Below, piece by piece: positions 16,401-23,885 of a stretch of 33,735 nucleotides of DNA. The position numbers were made by a program, and so were the translations under genes. Below the pieces are notes generated by a model, which searched no databases, was not told the DNA's origin, and was given only the letters and a program-made list of their open reading frames with translations. This stretch comes from Candidatus Micrarchaeota archaeon. GTDB taxonomy: Archaea; Iainarchaeota; Iainarchaeia; Iainarchaeales; JAGVWC01. The stretch lies in the NCBI GenBank assembly GCA_018813975.1, contig JAHJAQ010000028.1, positions 1-33,735 on the forward strand, read 5' to 3'. Each line of letters begins with the position of its first letter. Within the stretch, counting starts at the first letter, position 1.

Positions 16401-18930
16401 AATAACGGAAGTCCAAAGAATCGATTACGAAAAAGAATTTGTATATGATCTGACAATTGAAGGAACGCAAAATTTTGTTGTGAACGGAATAATCGCACAC
16501 AACACTTCTTTAGTGCAAGCGTTAATGCTTGAAATAGTACAAGGCACGCGGATCATTTTGCAAGAAGACAGTGTAACTGGTGATTCTAGAATTTTGGTTG
16601 AGCGGAACAATAAAATGGAATATACTACTGTTGGTGAATTGATTGATGGTTTGATTGGAAAATATGGTTGTATTAATGTCAATGACGTAGACTTATTGGA
16701 TGCTAATCCTGAAGATATTAGTGTTTTCTCGTTGAATAAACAAAGTAAAATAAAATTGTCTCGTGTGTCCCAGTTTTCTAGGCATCAAGTAAAAAAAGAT
16801 ATTTTAAAGGTTAGTACTGCTAGTGGAAAAGACCTGAAGGTAACAAAAGATCACTCTCTTTTTGGTCTTAATACGGAGGGTAGAATTGTTCCTGTTAAAA
16901 CAAGTGATTTAAAAGTAGGGCAGCGAATTGCTACTCCGTTGCGTTTGCCATTTAGCTCGAATGAAGTGGAAAAACTTAGTGTCTTGCCTTTACTAAATAA
17001 TCGTCCAAAGGCTATTTTGTCTTCTATAAACTTGTGTTCTTGGATTCAACAAAATTGGAAAACTGTTAAGGAATTAGCTCGAAAAAAGCGTTATAGTAAG
17101 TCTATGCCAAGCGCTTGGAAGCGCTGTTCTATTCTTCCTGCGACCATTTTTTTTGAAGTACAGCAAAAAAATCCACGCTATTTTCCAGATTTGCGCTTTA
17201 AGTTGCAGGGCCTTTCTAAATCCATCCCTGTTGAATGGGAGCTTGATGCTGATTTAGTTGCTTTTTGTGGTCTGTGGCTAGCCGATGGTTGCTATGACAA
17301 CCGTTTTGCTGCTATTATTTCTGCAGGACATCCGTCTCTAAAAAATCTTGTCCAATCCGTTGCTAACAAAGCTGGTCTTACAATGTGCCAACACAGCGAC
17401 GGCTTTTCTCCAATGATTTCAAATATTAATCTGGTTTTTTTAATGAAAAATTTGCTAGAGCTTACTGGCAATTCTTATACTAAAAAGATTCCAAACTGGG
17501 TTTTTTCTTTATCGGATGAAATGCGAGGAGTATTTTTGAAAGGACTTTTTAGTGGTGATGGTTATGCAACCAAAAAAGAAATTGGCATTTCGCTTTGCTC
17601 TAAGGAAATGATTCGTCAAATTCAAACTTTGTTGTTGTCTTTTGGAATTTCAGTGCGTGCTCGCAAGTTTGTGAAAAAAGATAAAACTTTTGTTTGTAAA
17701 ATAAGCCATGTTAAAAACGTGCGTTTGTTTAAACAATTTATTGGTTTTTTTGAGGAGTACAAGTGCAAGCGTCTTGAAAAACTATGCGCTCATGTTCCAA
17801 CTCAAGATAATTCTGATACGATTCCGCTTTCTATTGAAACCAAAGAAAAAGTAGTTGAACAGCTTAAAGGTTTTAGTCGCTGTGATTATATTGCGCGCGG
17901 TTCTCAGATTGGTCGCACTAAATTAAACGCTCTTTTGAAGCAGAACCAATCTTGCACTAGTCTTTTGTTAAAAGAATTACAACAACTTGTAAGTTCTGAT
18001 GTTTTCTGGGATGAGGTTATTAAAATCGAAAAAGTGGATGGGGGCATTCACACGGTTTACGATTTTTCAGTTCCGGAATGCGAGAACTTTGTTTGCGAGA
18101 ATATAATCGCTCACAACACTTTGGAAATTCCTGCGGAGTACATGAAAAATATTGGTTTTAATATTCAAAGACTAAAAACTCGTTCTCCAATTTCTGTTAG
18201 TAAAACAGAGAGTGAAGTTGCTCCGGAAGAAGCATTGCGAACTGCTTTAAGGCTTGGTGATTCTGCACTAATAATTGGAGAGGTTCGTTCTGTAGAAGCA
18301 AGAGTATTGTATGAGGCTATGCGAATTGGAGCTGCCGGAAACATTGTTTTGGGAAGTATTCATGGTGATTCGGCGTATAGTGTATGGGATCGTGTAGTCA
18401 ATGATTTGGGCGTTCCCAATACTTCTTTTAAAGCAACTGATGTGGTTGTTGTCGCAAGGCCCATTCGATTTGAAGGTTCCTTGAAAAGGCAACGGCGTGT
18501 GGTACAGGTAACCGAGGTTAAAAAGCATTGGACCCAAGATCCCGATCAAGAAAACGCGTTATTGGATTTAATGTTGTACACTGCCAAAAATGATAAGTTG
18601 GGGTTTCAAGAGGACAGCTTAAAAGACTCCGAGTTGTTTCAAAAGTTATCCGCTACGAGTGGATTGAATATGCGTGAAATGTGGACCGCTATTAAAGCCA
18701 ATGCGTCTTCAAAAGCGTTTTTAGTGGATTTAAAAAACAAGCATGATTTGCCCGCATTATTAGAGGCAGAGAATTATGCCAAGTGTACTAACAAGTATTT
18801 GCTGTTGCGCGAAGAACAAATCGAAGCGGGCAAAAAAGTGGATTATGATGTGTTATTGGGAAAGTGGAAGTTTTGGGTGCAAAACAGTGTTGCCAAGCGC
18901 TTACTAGAACAAAAACACAAAAAGAAATAA
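13483..18930 (+). CDS. Type II/IV secretion-superfamily ATPase (archaeal FlaI/PilB/KlbA-like pilus assembly ATPase) precursor carrying two inteins; predicted spliced product 763 aa
   Basis: GTG start. Extein motifs: GYGILELILGDRHLTDIFLDSP (the FlaI-type G.G.LE.L..D..ITDI motif); Walker A GSRGSGK//TS split by intein 1; RIILQED//TLEIP (compare the IED-T-x-E-L Asp box) split by intein 2; Walker B/Arg region LRLGDSALIIGEVRSVEA; His box GSIHGDSA. The next gene encodes a FlaJ/TadC-like protein. Confidence 0.9.
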   Translation: MKIGKFDVGEYVVREMGGKKHLVFDCKNCVYGSSLSDDSACRFHAIAILQEVEAKLLVLADVYERVYDEQQTELVKEIALMAKRFENESIWSYAHLGTQDSECEQTFASRHTIVVRIAHDLARFDPVMAYLTCLQEIKKETGRATGLNEGGRACSKVFLDTLLYLKNRFEQTGLIGKTKEYLLKLRSIPDTKDVYKSLLEAQIKPAFIGSRLLFGETEELELLDEYSVGRAAVQIFSHPNKIEKLYFLNPPEYTLPPEKYFVLSKTKEIVASYKPGSTTLSGIAKSRKYFERIYESTIHDIGQANQIFLSPEEAKELAEIVARYTVGYGILELILGDRHLTDIFLDSPIGMKPIYVVHEDYGQCQTNILYTDDEANALVSKMRAMSGRPFDEVHPVLDFDLPDLETRVAVIGKPLAPDGTAFAFRLHKVTPWTLPQFIDNNFINPLGAGLLSFFVDQQATMLITGSRGSGKCVDGGSLLQLGNGQTEKIKKIIDPIIKKAQRTIELADGVCIDLQENGIQLETVTMTPGLKTQIVPVSKVWRRAAPKKMVSVTLRSGKRVVTTPEHPFFLTEKGKIIQKRADELTICDFIATPRIIPAKQDNNYSTDWIPTSRSLEPKLCGIEREIQEFLCSYSKNNSLKELATKARLPYKTILNIKSGVRKTISLSELRSISGILGLDYYPLVEKASYWIFRNSPNRINAGFFFKTINNNTKAARFLGLLLGDGHIDEKSISFTNTNIGLLEEFRTLCRELFGIKAYICFPKNRSPHCMVTSVGLSRLISLRFGIPFGKKAGIQEMPKEIVMGSEAVLSEFLRAYFDCDGSVHIQKRLVDLSTASKKMAFDIQNALHRFGIISFLRAKTVRRKEYYIVAMSGENAFVFSQKIGFSLSSKKEKLAQAFLEEKFNTNIDIVPNCLPFLQTIQKCHGVFTARMVTLDQKNISRKKLQRFISSSDSGLVEIEDLKKLACSDIFWDEITEVQRIDYEKEFVYDLTIEGTQNFVVNGIIAHNTSLVQALMLEIVQGTRIILQEDSVTGDSRILVERNNKMEYTTVGELIDGLIGKYGCINVNDVDLLDANPEDISVFSLNKQSKIKLSRVSQFSRHQVKKDILKVSTASGKDLKVTKDHSLFGLNTEGRIVPVKTSDLKVGQRIATPLRLPFSSNEVEKLSVLPLLNNRPKAILSSINLCSWIQQNWKTVKELARKKRYSKSMPSAWKRCSILPATIFFEVQQKNPRYFPDLRFKLQGLSKSIPVEWELDADLVAFCGLWLADGCYDNRFAAIISAGHPSLKNLVQSVANKAGLTMCQHSDGFSPMISNINLVFLMKNLLELTGNSYTKKIPNWVFSLSDEMRGVFLKGLFSGDGYATKKEIGISLCSKEMIRQIQTLLLSFGISVRARKFVKKDKTFVCKISHVKNVRLFKQFIGFFEEYKCKRLEKLCAHVPTQDNSDTIPLSIETKEKVVEQLKGFSRCDYIARGSQIGRTKLNALLKQNQSCTSLLLKELQQLVSSDVFWDEVIKIEKVDGGIHTVYDFSVPECENFVCENIIAHNTLEIPAEYMKNIGFNIQRLKTRSPISVSKTESEVAPEEALRTALRLGDSALIIGEVRSVEARVLYEAMRIGAAGNIVLGSIHGDSAYSVWDRVVNDLGVPNTSFKATDVVVVARPIRFEGSLKRQRRVVQVTEVKKHWTQDPDQENALLDLMLYTAKNDKLGFQEDSLKDSELFQKLSATSGLNMREMWTAIKANASSKAFLVDLKNKHDLPALLEAENYAKCTNKYLLLREEQIEAGKKVDYDVLLGKWKFWVQNSVAKRLLEQKHKKK
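14896..16503 (+). mobile_element. Intein 1 (536 aa, Cys1 ... His-Asn / +1 Thr) with a LAGLIDADG homing-endonuclease domain, inserted in the P-loop between GK and T
   Basis: Block A: CVDGGSLLQLGNG directly after GSRGSGK. Block B: VVTTPEHPF (TxxH). LAGLIDADG motifs: FLGLLLGDGHI and FLRAYFDCDGSV. Blocks F/G: DIFWDEITEV...VYDLTIEGTQNFVVNGIIAHN followed by TSLVQAL. Codon positions were checked against the ORF frame (TGT at 14896, AAC at 16501-16503). Confidence 0.85.
16570..18117 (+). mobile_element. Intein 2 (516 aa, Ser1 ... His-Asn / +1 Thr) with a LAGLIDADG homing-endonuclease domain, inserted between QED and TLEIP
   Basis: Block A: SVTGDSRILVERNN. Block B: LKVTKDHSLF (TxxH). LAGLIDADG motifs: FCGLWLADGCYD and FLKGLFSGDGYA. 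Blocks F/G: DVFWDEVIKIEKV...VYDFSVPECENFVCENIIAHN followed by TLEIPAEY. Removing it restores RIILQEDTLEIP, which matches the conserved ATPase motif. Only 22 extein residues (16504..16569) separate it from intein 1. Confidence 0.8.
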
Positions 18931-18961
18931 CAATACTTTTTTACGGAATCGTGGTTAGAGT

Positions 18962-21331
18962 ATGGTTGATAGGAGTAAAAGGCACGAAGCCAAAAAGGTT
19001 TTTTTTCCATCCAATGCATCGCCTGGAAGATTATATAAGGGCATTTCAGTTGAAAGACCGATTTTTCAAGCCGGTCAAACCAAATTAGAACGGCCTGTTG
19101 TGCCCCGTTTTGTGCGGTATTGTAAGTGGTGTGCTAAAAGTTTTAGTGGTTTTGGTGGCAAAAAGCCATTTTCTCCAGAGTACAAAGATGCTGTAGAGTT
19201 TTTGGGATGGGATTTAAAATCCAACGAGTTTAGCGCGGCTATTACTTTTTCGCTTTTAATTTCTTTGATAATTGCAATTGCACTTGGTTTTTTGTTTTGG
19301 TTAGCGCCCATTGTTCCGGATTGTACTGCTATTGACCAGATTACGGGAGACACGTTTTGTGAGTTATCGTCGCTAGTGGAAATTGTGGGCAAAATGGTAG
19401 GCAGTGAATTAATGGCCATGGGATACTTGATCGCACCCTTGTTAGTCCTGGTTTTTTTGGTGTTTAATTTTATACAAAAGTTTCCCTTGAAAAAAGCCAA
19501 AGAAGAAGAAATCAAGGCTCTAACCTATGTTCCAGAGGTTGTGGGCTATTTAACCATGTCCATGAAACTAGTGCCCAACCTGGAAAAAGCAGTTGAGTTT
19601 GCTGCGTTACATGGAAGAGGAAAGATTGCCACTGATTTTCAAAAATTGATTTGGGATGTGCAGTTGGGAGTTTACAATACGTTGTCCGAGGGATTGGATG
19701 CGTTGGCCTATCGTTGGGGCAAGTTTTCAGAGGAGTTCAAGCGTTCGCTCATGATGGTGCGAGCCTCTGTTTTAGAGGATACTGAAGCCAAGAGATTTGC
19801 CTTATTGGATAAAACCATGGAAGAATTATTGGATTCGATTAAAAACAAAATGGAACAATACGCGCGAGACTTAAGCCAGCCGGCGGTTTTTTTGTTTTAT
19901 TTGGGCGTGCTCTTACCCTTAATTTTGATTATTGTATTGCCGATTGGTTCTGCTTTTACAGGCCAGCCCTTGGCACGAACCGATGTATTAATTATTATTT
20001 ATAATATTATAATTCCGATTGCTGCGTGGATGTTTGCGCACAACATAATCAAAAAACGTCCCCCCACCTACGAGCCACCGGTTATTCCAGATAACCATCC
20101 AGAACTGCCACCCAAATGGAAAATGAAATTGGGAAAAGGATTAGTGGATGTTCGGTTTGTGGTGGCTATTATTTTAGTGGCTGGTTTGGGAATTTCTTTT
20201 GTTTTGAGTACTACGGGCCTTTATTTGGATGAAGAAACCCCGATTATTGGAAAAGACAAGAGCGTGGAAGAGGTTATTAAAGCTAATTTTTTTGTGGACG
20301 ATCCGAATTATTTTGAGTTAGGGGGAACCCTAGACCAAAAATTGCAAACTGAAGGGGTTGTGGATGGGGGAGACCGTACGATTATTCGAGCGGTTGAAAG
20401 ACAAAAGTTTTTTTCCAATCCCGAAAATGATATTACCCCCTATAATTTGCTGTTTGGCGGCTTGTTAACCGTTACTTTTGCAGCTGCAGTGGGATTGTAT
20501 TATCGAAACATTTACAAGCGCAAAATGCAAGCCAATATTTCTAAAATGGAAAGCGAGTTTAAGGACAGTCTGTATATTTTGGCTTCGCGCATGGGAGAAA
20601 ACAAGCCGGTAGAAGAAGCGCTCGAGCATACGCGAAACTTTTTACCCAATACGCTGGTAGCGGATCGGGTGTATGGTAAAACCGTGAATAATATTCATGT
20701 ATTGGGCTTGCCACTCGAGTCCGCGTTGTTTGACCCGAATTATGGTTCCATGAAAAATCTGCCATCAAATATTATTGTCAGTTCCATGAAACTATTAGTG
20801 GATTCCGTTCGATTAGGCGTGAATGTGAGTGCGCGAACCTTGATTTCGCTTTCCTTGCAATTAACCAATGCCGAAAAGGTTTCTCGATTACTCGTTACTC
20901 TGGTGCAAGAAATTACAACCACCATGCAAACAACCGCGGTTTTTATTGCACCGCTCATTTTGGGCGTTACCACCAGTCTTCAAAAAATTGTAGTGCAAAC
21001 CTTGTTGAATATTGTCCAAGAAACCTCTCAATCCGCTCCTAGCTTTGCCACGATTGATAATCCTGCCTTGCAAAGTCTTAGTTTTGAAACCTTGTTTGGC
21101 CAAACTCAAAACATTGCGGATTCTTTGGTTTCGCCGGCAGCCTTTATTTTGATTGTGGGCTTTTATGTAGCGGAAATCGTGTTTATTATGACTTATTTTA
21201 ACACAAAAATCCAGGAAGACAACGATACCTTGTTCCGCATTAATTTTGCAAAAGCCATTCCCATTGCCATTGTTGTTTTTATTGTTAGTGTAATTGCTTC
21301 GAATAGTATGATTACTTTGATTGGAGGCTAA
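18962..21331 (+). CDS. FlaJ/TadC/PilC-like polytopic membrane platform protein (two T2SS-F-like cytoplasmic domains)
   Basis: 789 aa, about 9 predicted TM helices. It has two helical cytoplasmic segments with the T2SSF-like pattern (PEVVGYLTMSMKLVPNLEKAVEFAALHGRGKIATDFQKLIWDVQLGVYNTLSEGLDALA, and SEFKDSLYILASRMGENKPVEEALEHTRNF....VNNIHVLGLPLESAL). It sits directly after the ATPase gene, as in archaeal pilus and archaellum operons. Confidence 0.7.
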   Translation: MVDRSKRHEAKKVFFPSNASPGRLYKGISVERPIFQAGQTKLERPVVPRFVRYCKWCAKSFSGFGGKKPFSPEYKDAVEFLGWDLKSNEFSAAITFSLLISLIIAIALGFLFWLAPIVPDCTAIDQITGDTFCELSSLVEIVGKMVGSELMAMGYLIAPLLVLVFLVFNFIQKFPLKKAKEEEIKALTYVPEVVGYLTMSMKLVPNLEKAVEFAALHGRGKIATDFQKLIWDVQLGVYNTLSEGLDALAYRWGKFSEEFKRSLMMVRASVLEDTEAKRFALLDKTMEELLDSIKNKMEQYARDLSQPAVFLFYLGVLLPLILIIVLPIGSAFTGQPLARTDVLIIIYNIIIPIAAWMFAHNIIKKRPPTYEPPVIPDNHPELPPKWKMKLGKGLVDVRFVVAIILVAGLGISFVLSTTGLYLDEETPIIGKDKSVEEVIKANFFVDDPNYFELGGTLDQKLQTEGVVDGGDRTIIRAVERQKFFSNPENDITPYNLLFGGLLTVTFAAAVGLYYRNIYKRKMQANISKMESEFKDSLYILASRMGENKPVEEALEHTRNFLPNTLVADRVYGKTVNNIHVLGLPLESALFDPNYGSMKNLPSNIIVSSMKLLVDSVRLGVNVSARTLISLSLQLTNAEKVSRLLVTLVQEITTTMQTTAVFIAPLILGVTTSLQKIVVQTLLNIVQETSQSAPSFATIDNPALQSLSFETLFGQTQNIADSLVSPAAFILIVGFYVAEIVFIMTYFNTKIQEDNDTLFRINFAKAIPIAIVVFIVSVIASNSMITLIGG

Positions 21332-21333
21332 AA

Positions 21334-21783
21334 GTGAAAAAGAAAAGGCTAAACCAAAAAGGAGAATTTGGTGTTTTTCGATTGCTCATTGGAGCGGTTC
21401 TTGGACTCGCACTATTGTTAGTGGTGTTGTCTATTATTGCTGATGTGGAAGAACAAAAGTATCGAATTAGTGCCTTGCATTTTTCGGATGGTTTTTCTTC
21501 TGCGATAAACCTTCCGAATGGAACGCCGGTCCAACAAGAAGACTTGTTTTTTAAACAAGGCGAAGTTTTTACGGATTCTGCTTTAGCAAAAAAATTTAAT
21601 TTTGAAGACGAAACGTGTATTCTTTTTTTTACAGACCATTCAGGGGTTTCGGTTTCAGCTGATCAGCATATTGCGCGTATTATACATCCTGTTCACACGG
21701 ATGTTTTTTTTGACTGCAAAAATATTGGTGCTTGCAGGCCTCATTGTCGAGTCTCTTTTGGAAAAGAGCTCCCGATTCGCTGA
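21334..21783 (+). CDS. Prepilin-like protein (class III signal peptide-like N-terminus), 4 Cys
   Basis: GTG start with GGAGG (21323-21327) 6 nt upstream. The N-terminus is MKKKRLNQKGEFGVFRLLIGAVLGLALLLVVLSII: basic head, K-G, then a hydrophobic helix. Confidence 0.65.
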   Translation: MKKKRLNQKGEFGVFRLLIGAVLGLALLLVVLSIIADVEEQKYRISALHFSDGFSSAINLPNGTPVQQEDLFFKQGEVFTDSALAKKFNFEDETCILFFTDHSGVSVSADQHIARIIHPVHTDVFFDCKNIGACRPHCRVSFGKELPIR

Positions 21784-21803
21784 TAATCGCGGATAACCAT
21801 AGC

Positions 21804-21811
21804 TTTAAATA
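21804..21811 (+). promoter_or_regulatory. Candidate TATA box (TTTAAATA) upstream of the pilin gene at 21838
   Basis: Centred about 30 nt upstream of the ATG at 21838, with no SD in between. This fits a leaderless or short-leader archaeal transcript starting an internal pilin transcription unit. Confidence 0.4.
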
Positions 21812-21837
21812 CGAGTTTTGCTTTTTATCTTCTTGTT

Positions 21838-22362
21838 ATGTCATTGAATTCCAAAGGACAAGGATCGGGTGTTTTTCAATTATTGATTGCTGCCGTAGTA
21901 GCCTTGGCTATTTTGGGAGTGTTACTGGGCATTATTGGTGGCTTGCCCCCATTGGGCAGCCAAGACCCGATTGAAGCTTCTCGAAACGGATTAAAAGACG
22001 CGTTTACCCAAGTGGGCAGTCCGCAGTTTTCTTCCAAGGTAACGATTACCAAGGATACGGTTTTTACGCCACGCGGAGTGGCACCACGCGAATTGGGTAT
22101 TAGTATTGATCATGTTTGTGTTGGTGTAGCCAAGGCATTGGGTGATTCTTTTAGTATTACGGATGAATTTACACCAGACGCAATTGTGTATTCGGGCTCT
22201 CGTTCTTTGGATGTAAAGATTGGCGCGATTTGTGAGACCGGCGACGATATTGATGCGGCTGCAAATGATGTTTTTCAAGGTGCAATTGACGATTTTGATA
22301 ATGATTGCGAAGATAATGGTTCTTCTGAAACCTATTGTGTAGTGGCTATTCTGCCACCCTAA
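21838..22362 (+). CDS. Archaeal type IV prepilin-like protein (KGQ-type class III signal), 4 Cys
   Basis: The N-terminus is MSLNSKGQGSGVFQLLIAAVVALAILGVLLGIIGG. K-G-Q followed by a ~25-aa hydrophobic helix matches the archaeal prepilin cleavage context ([KR]-G then Q at +1). Confidence 0.78.
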   Translation: MSLNSKGQGSGVFQLLIAAVVALAILGVLLGIIGGLPPLGSQDPIEASRNGLKDAFTQVGSPQFSSKVTITKDTVFTPRGVAPRELGISIDHVCVGVAKALGDSFSITDEFTPDAIVYSGSRSLDVKIGAICETGDDIDAAANDVFQGAIDDFDNDCEDNGSSETYCVVAILPP

Positions 22363-22432
22363 AACCATTTTTAACTACTTTTTTTTCTTTTCCATTTGTT
22401 TTATATAGCTCTTTATCGCTCTTTATTGTTGT

Positions 22433-22603
22433 ATGCGCTCCTTGAAAGAATTGTTGAAAGAAAAGCGTTCGCAGGGCGAATGGAATGCCATGTACATGCT
22501 CATTGTCCTGATTATTGCGGCCTTGTTGTTGATTACGGTTATAAAGCCCATGTTTAAGCAGTCTCAACGCCAAATCAGAGATGTCAAAGAGGCTGTAGAG
22601 TGA
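22433..22603 (+). CDS. Small (56 aa) membrane protein with a pilin-like leader, missing from the ORF track (below the 60-aa cutoff)
   Basis: Hand translation gives MRSLKELLKEKRSQGEWNAMYMLIVLIIAALLLITVIKPMFKQSQRQIRDVKEAVE, then a stop at 22601-22603. TTTTATATA at 22399-22407 is about 29 nt upstream of the ATG. Its stop overlaps the GTG start (22600) of the next pilin gene (GTGA). It fills an otherwise unexplained 237-nt gap in a tightly packed operon. Confidence 0.5.
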   Translation: MRSLKELLKEKRSQGEWNAMYMLIVLIIAALLLITVIKPMFKQSQRQIRDVKEAVE

Positions 22604-23166
22604 TTGCCATGTCCAAATCAAGGGGCCAATCCTCTGCCCCTTTCGAAGTACTCATTGCGGTTATCATAATGGGTTTTGTATTGTTAATGGGCATTCAAGC
22701 CATTGAATTTTTATCCAAACAACAATGCAAAGCCCAAATAAAATCAGAGGCTTCTGATCTAAAAGCTGCGGTTCAAAACGCGATTAGGGGTGATTCTGTT
22801 GTACTCAATTTTTTTCCACCCCAGTGTTTTGATGAAGAAAGAGAAATGCAATTGCGTCGCGTAGCCTCTCGCGCGAGTTGTCGCTCGATTTGTGAAAAAG
22901 AAATGGATGAATGCCTTTTTTTTACCTATCGAGCCGAAGATTTTGGGTATGACTTGTGCTTGGATAATGCCCCCATTTACACGGATTTTTTGGATTCTTC
23001 TAACTGTCAAGATTTGGGAAGCGATTATGTTCTAATCGATTTTTTGAACCCTTCAAATTCAGGTGGAAACCCTGTGTTAGAGCGTGGCGTGTACACTTTG
23101 CAAAACAAGACTGGTAGTGCAGAAACCGTTCCAAAGATTTGCGCGTATTATTATAACCAAACATAA
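22600..23166 (+). CDS. Archaeal type IV prepilin-like protein (RGQ-type class III signal), 8 Cys
   Basis: The N-terminus is M(IAM)SKSRGQSSAPFEVLIAVIIMGFVLLMGI. The start is either GTG at 22600 (AAAGAGG SD-like at 22586-22592, 7 nt upstream) or ATG at 22609. Confidence 0.78.
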   Translation: MIAMSKSRGQSSAPFEVLIAVIIMGFVLLMGIQAIEFLSKQQCKAQIKSEASDLKAAVQNAIRGDSVVLNFFPPQCFDEEREMQLRRVASRASCRSICEKEMDECLFFTYRAEDFGYDLCLDNAPIYTDFLDSSNCQDLGSDYVLIDFLNPSNSGGNPVLERGVYTLQNKTGSAETVPKICAYYYNQT

Positions 23167-23180
23167 AAGGAAGGAAAAAA

Positions 23181-23885
23181 ATGCTGGCGTTTATTCTAAG
23201 CAAAATGAATTTGCTGTTAATGGTTACTGCTATTTTTGCGATTATGGCCTATTTTACTTTTTTTGTGAGCCAAAGCGTTGTTTTAAGAGAAGCCCAAGAA
23301 GTATTGAATCGTTTTTCAGAGGACACGTATGGCGTACTAACCTCTAGTGGACAATGCCATCAAACAATTGTTCCCATTCCTCATTACATTTATGCCGTGG
23401 GAAGCGGAGAAAGGCGTAACCAACTGCGTTTTTTAGTAAGCATTAGTAAAATAAATATTCCGGGTGAAAAAACCCAATTGAGTTTTTCACTCTTGCGCAA
23501 AAAAGATGAAAAAGTATTGGCCGCCAAATTGTTTGCCACGAATGCAGAAGTTAACTTGTATAGTTGGGATCCTTCTACGGGTGGGACTATTGCCGAGGAA
23601 ACAGGGAGCGATCCAACGATTGTATTGAATCCGGTTTCAGAGCCATTGGAAACCGATTCCTTATTGCTCATAAAAGAAGTGTATCATGGTAGCACTAATT
23701 TGTATGCGGTGCCGTGTAATAATGAGGCCGCAGTTTGTGCCGCCAATTATGGCCAACTCACTTGTTTAGTTAAAAAATCGCGTGGAATTAGTGCATGTAC
23801 TGGGGATTGTAGTAATCCAAGTGATGCTTGTTTGAAAGAAGAGGGTTTTAATTGTGAGGTTGGAATTGCAACACCGGGATCCTAA
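23181..23885 (+). CDS. N-terminally anchored Cys-rich extracellular protein (pilus-associated, pilin-like), 8 Cys
   Basis: The ATG is preceded by AAGGAAGG (23167-23174). The N-terminus is MLAFILSKMNLLLMVTAIFAIMAYFTFFV, a hydrophobic helix without a canonical [KR]G cleavage context. The C-terminal region is Cys-dense (CNNEAAVCAANYGQLTCLVKKSRGISACTGDCSNPSDACLKEEGFNC). Confidence 0.65.
   Translation: MLAFILSKMNLLLMVTAIFAIMAYFTFFVSQSVVLREAQEVLNRFSEDTYGVLTSSGQCHQTIVPIPHYIYAVGSGERRNQLRFLVSISKINIPGEKTQLSFSLLRKKDEKVLAAKLFATNAEVNLYSWDPSTGGTIAEETGSDPTIVLNPVSEPLETDSLLLIKEVYHGSTNLYAVPCNNEAAVCAANYGQLTCLVKKSRGISACTGDCSNPSDACLKEEGFNCEVGIATPGS

Noticed and set aside
19075-19515. 146-aa minus-strand ORF within the FlaJ-like gene
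   Set aside because: It is antisense to a polytopic membrane protein frame whose TM pattern is consistent, so it is a shadow ORF.
21991-22368. 125-aa minus-strand ORF, plus the 24825..25253 (142 aa) and 25361..25708 (115 aa) minus-strand ORFs
   Set aside because: They are antisense to pilin-like genes that have class III leaders and SD/TATA signals. They have no features of their own.
22346-22621. 91-aa minus-strand ORF spanning the 22363..22599 gap
   Set aside because: It lies opposite to every flanking gene and has no upstream signals. The + strand 56-aa ORF has a TATA box, a pilin-like layout and a stop/start overlap with the next gene, and explains the gap better.
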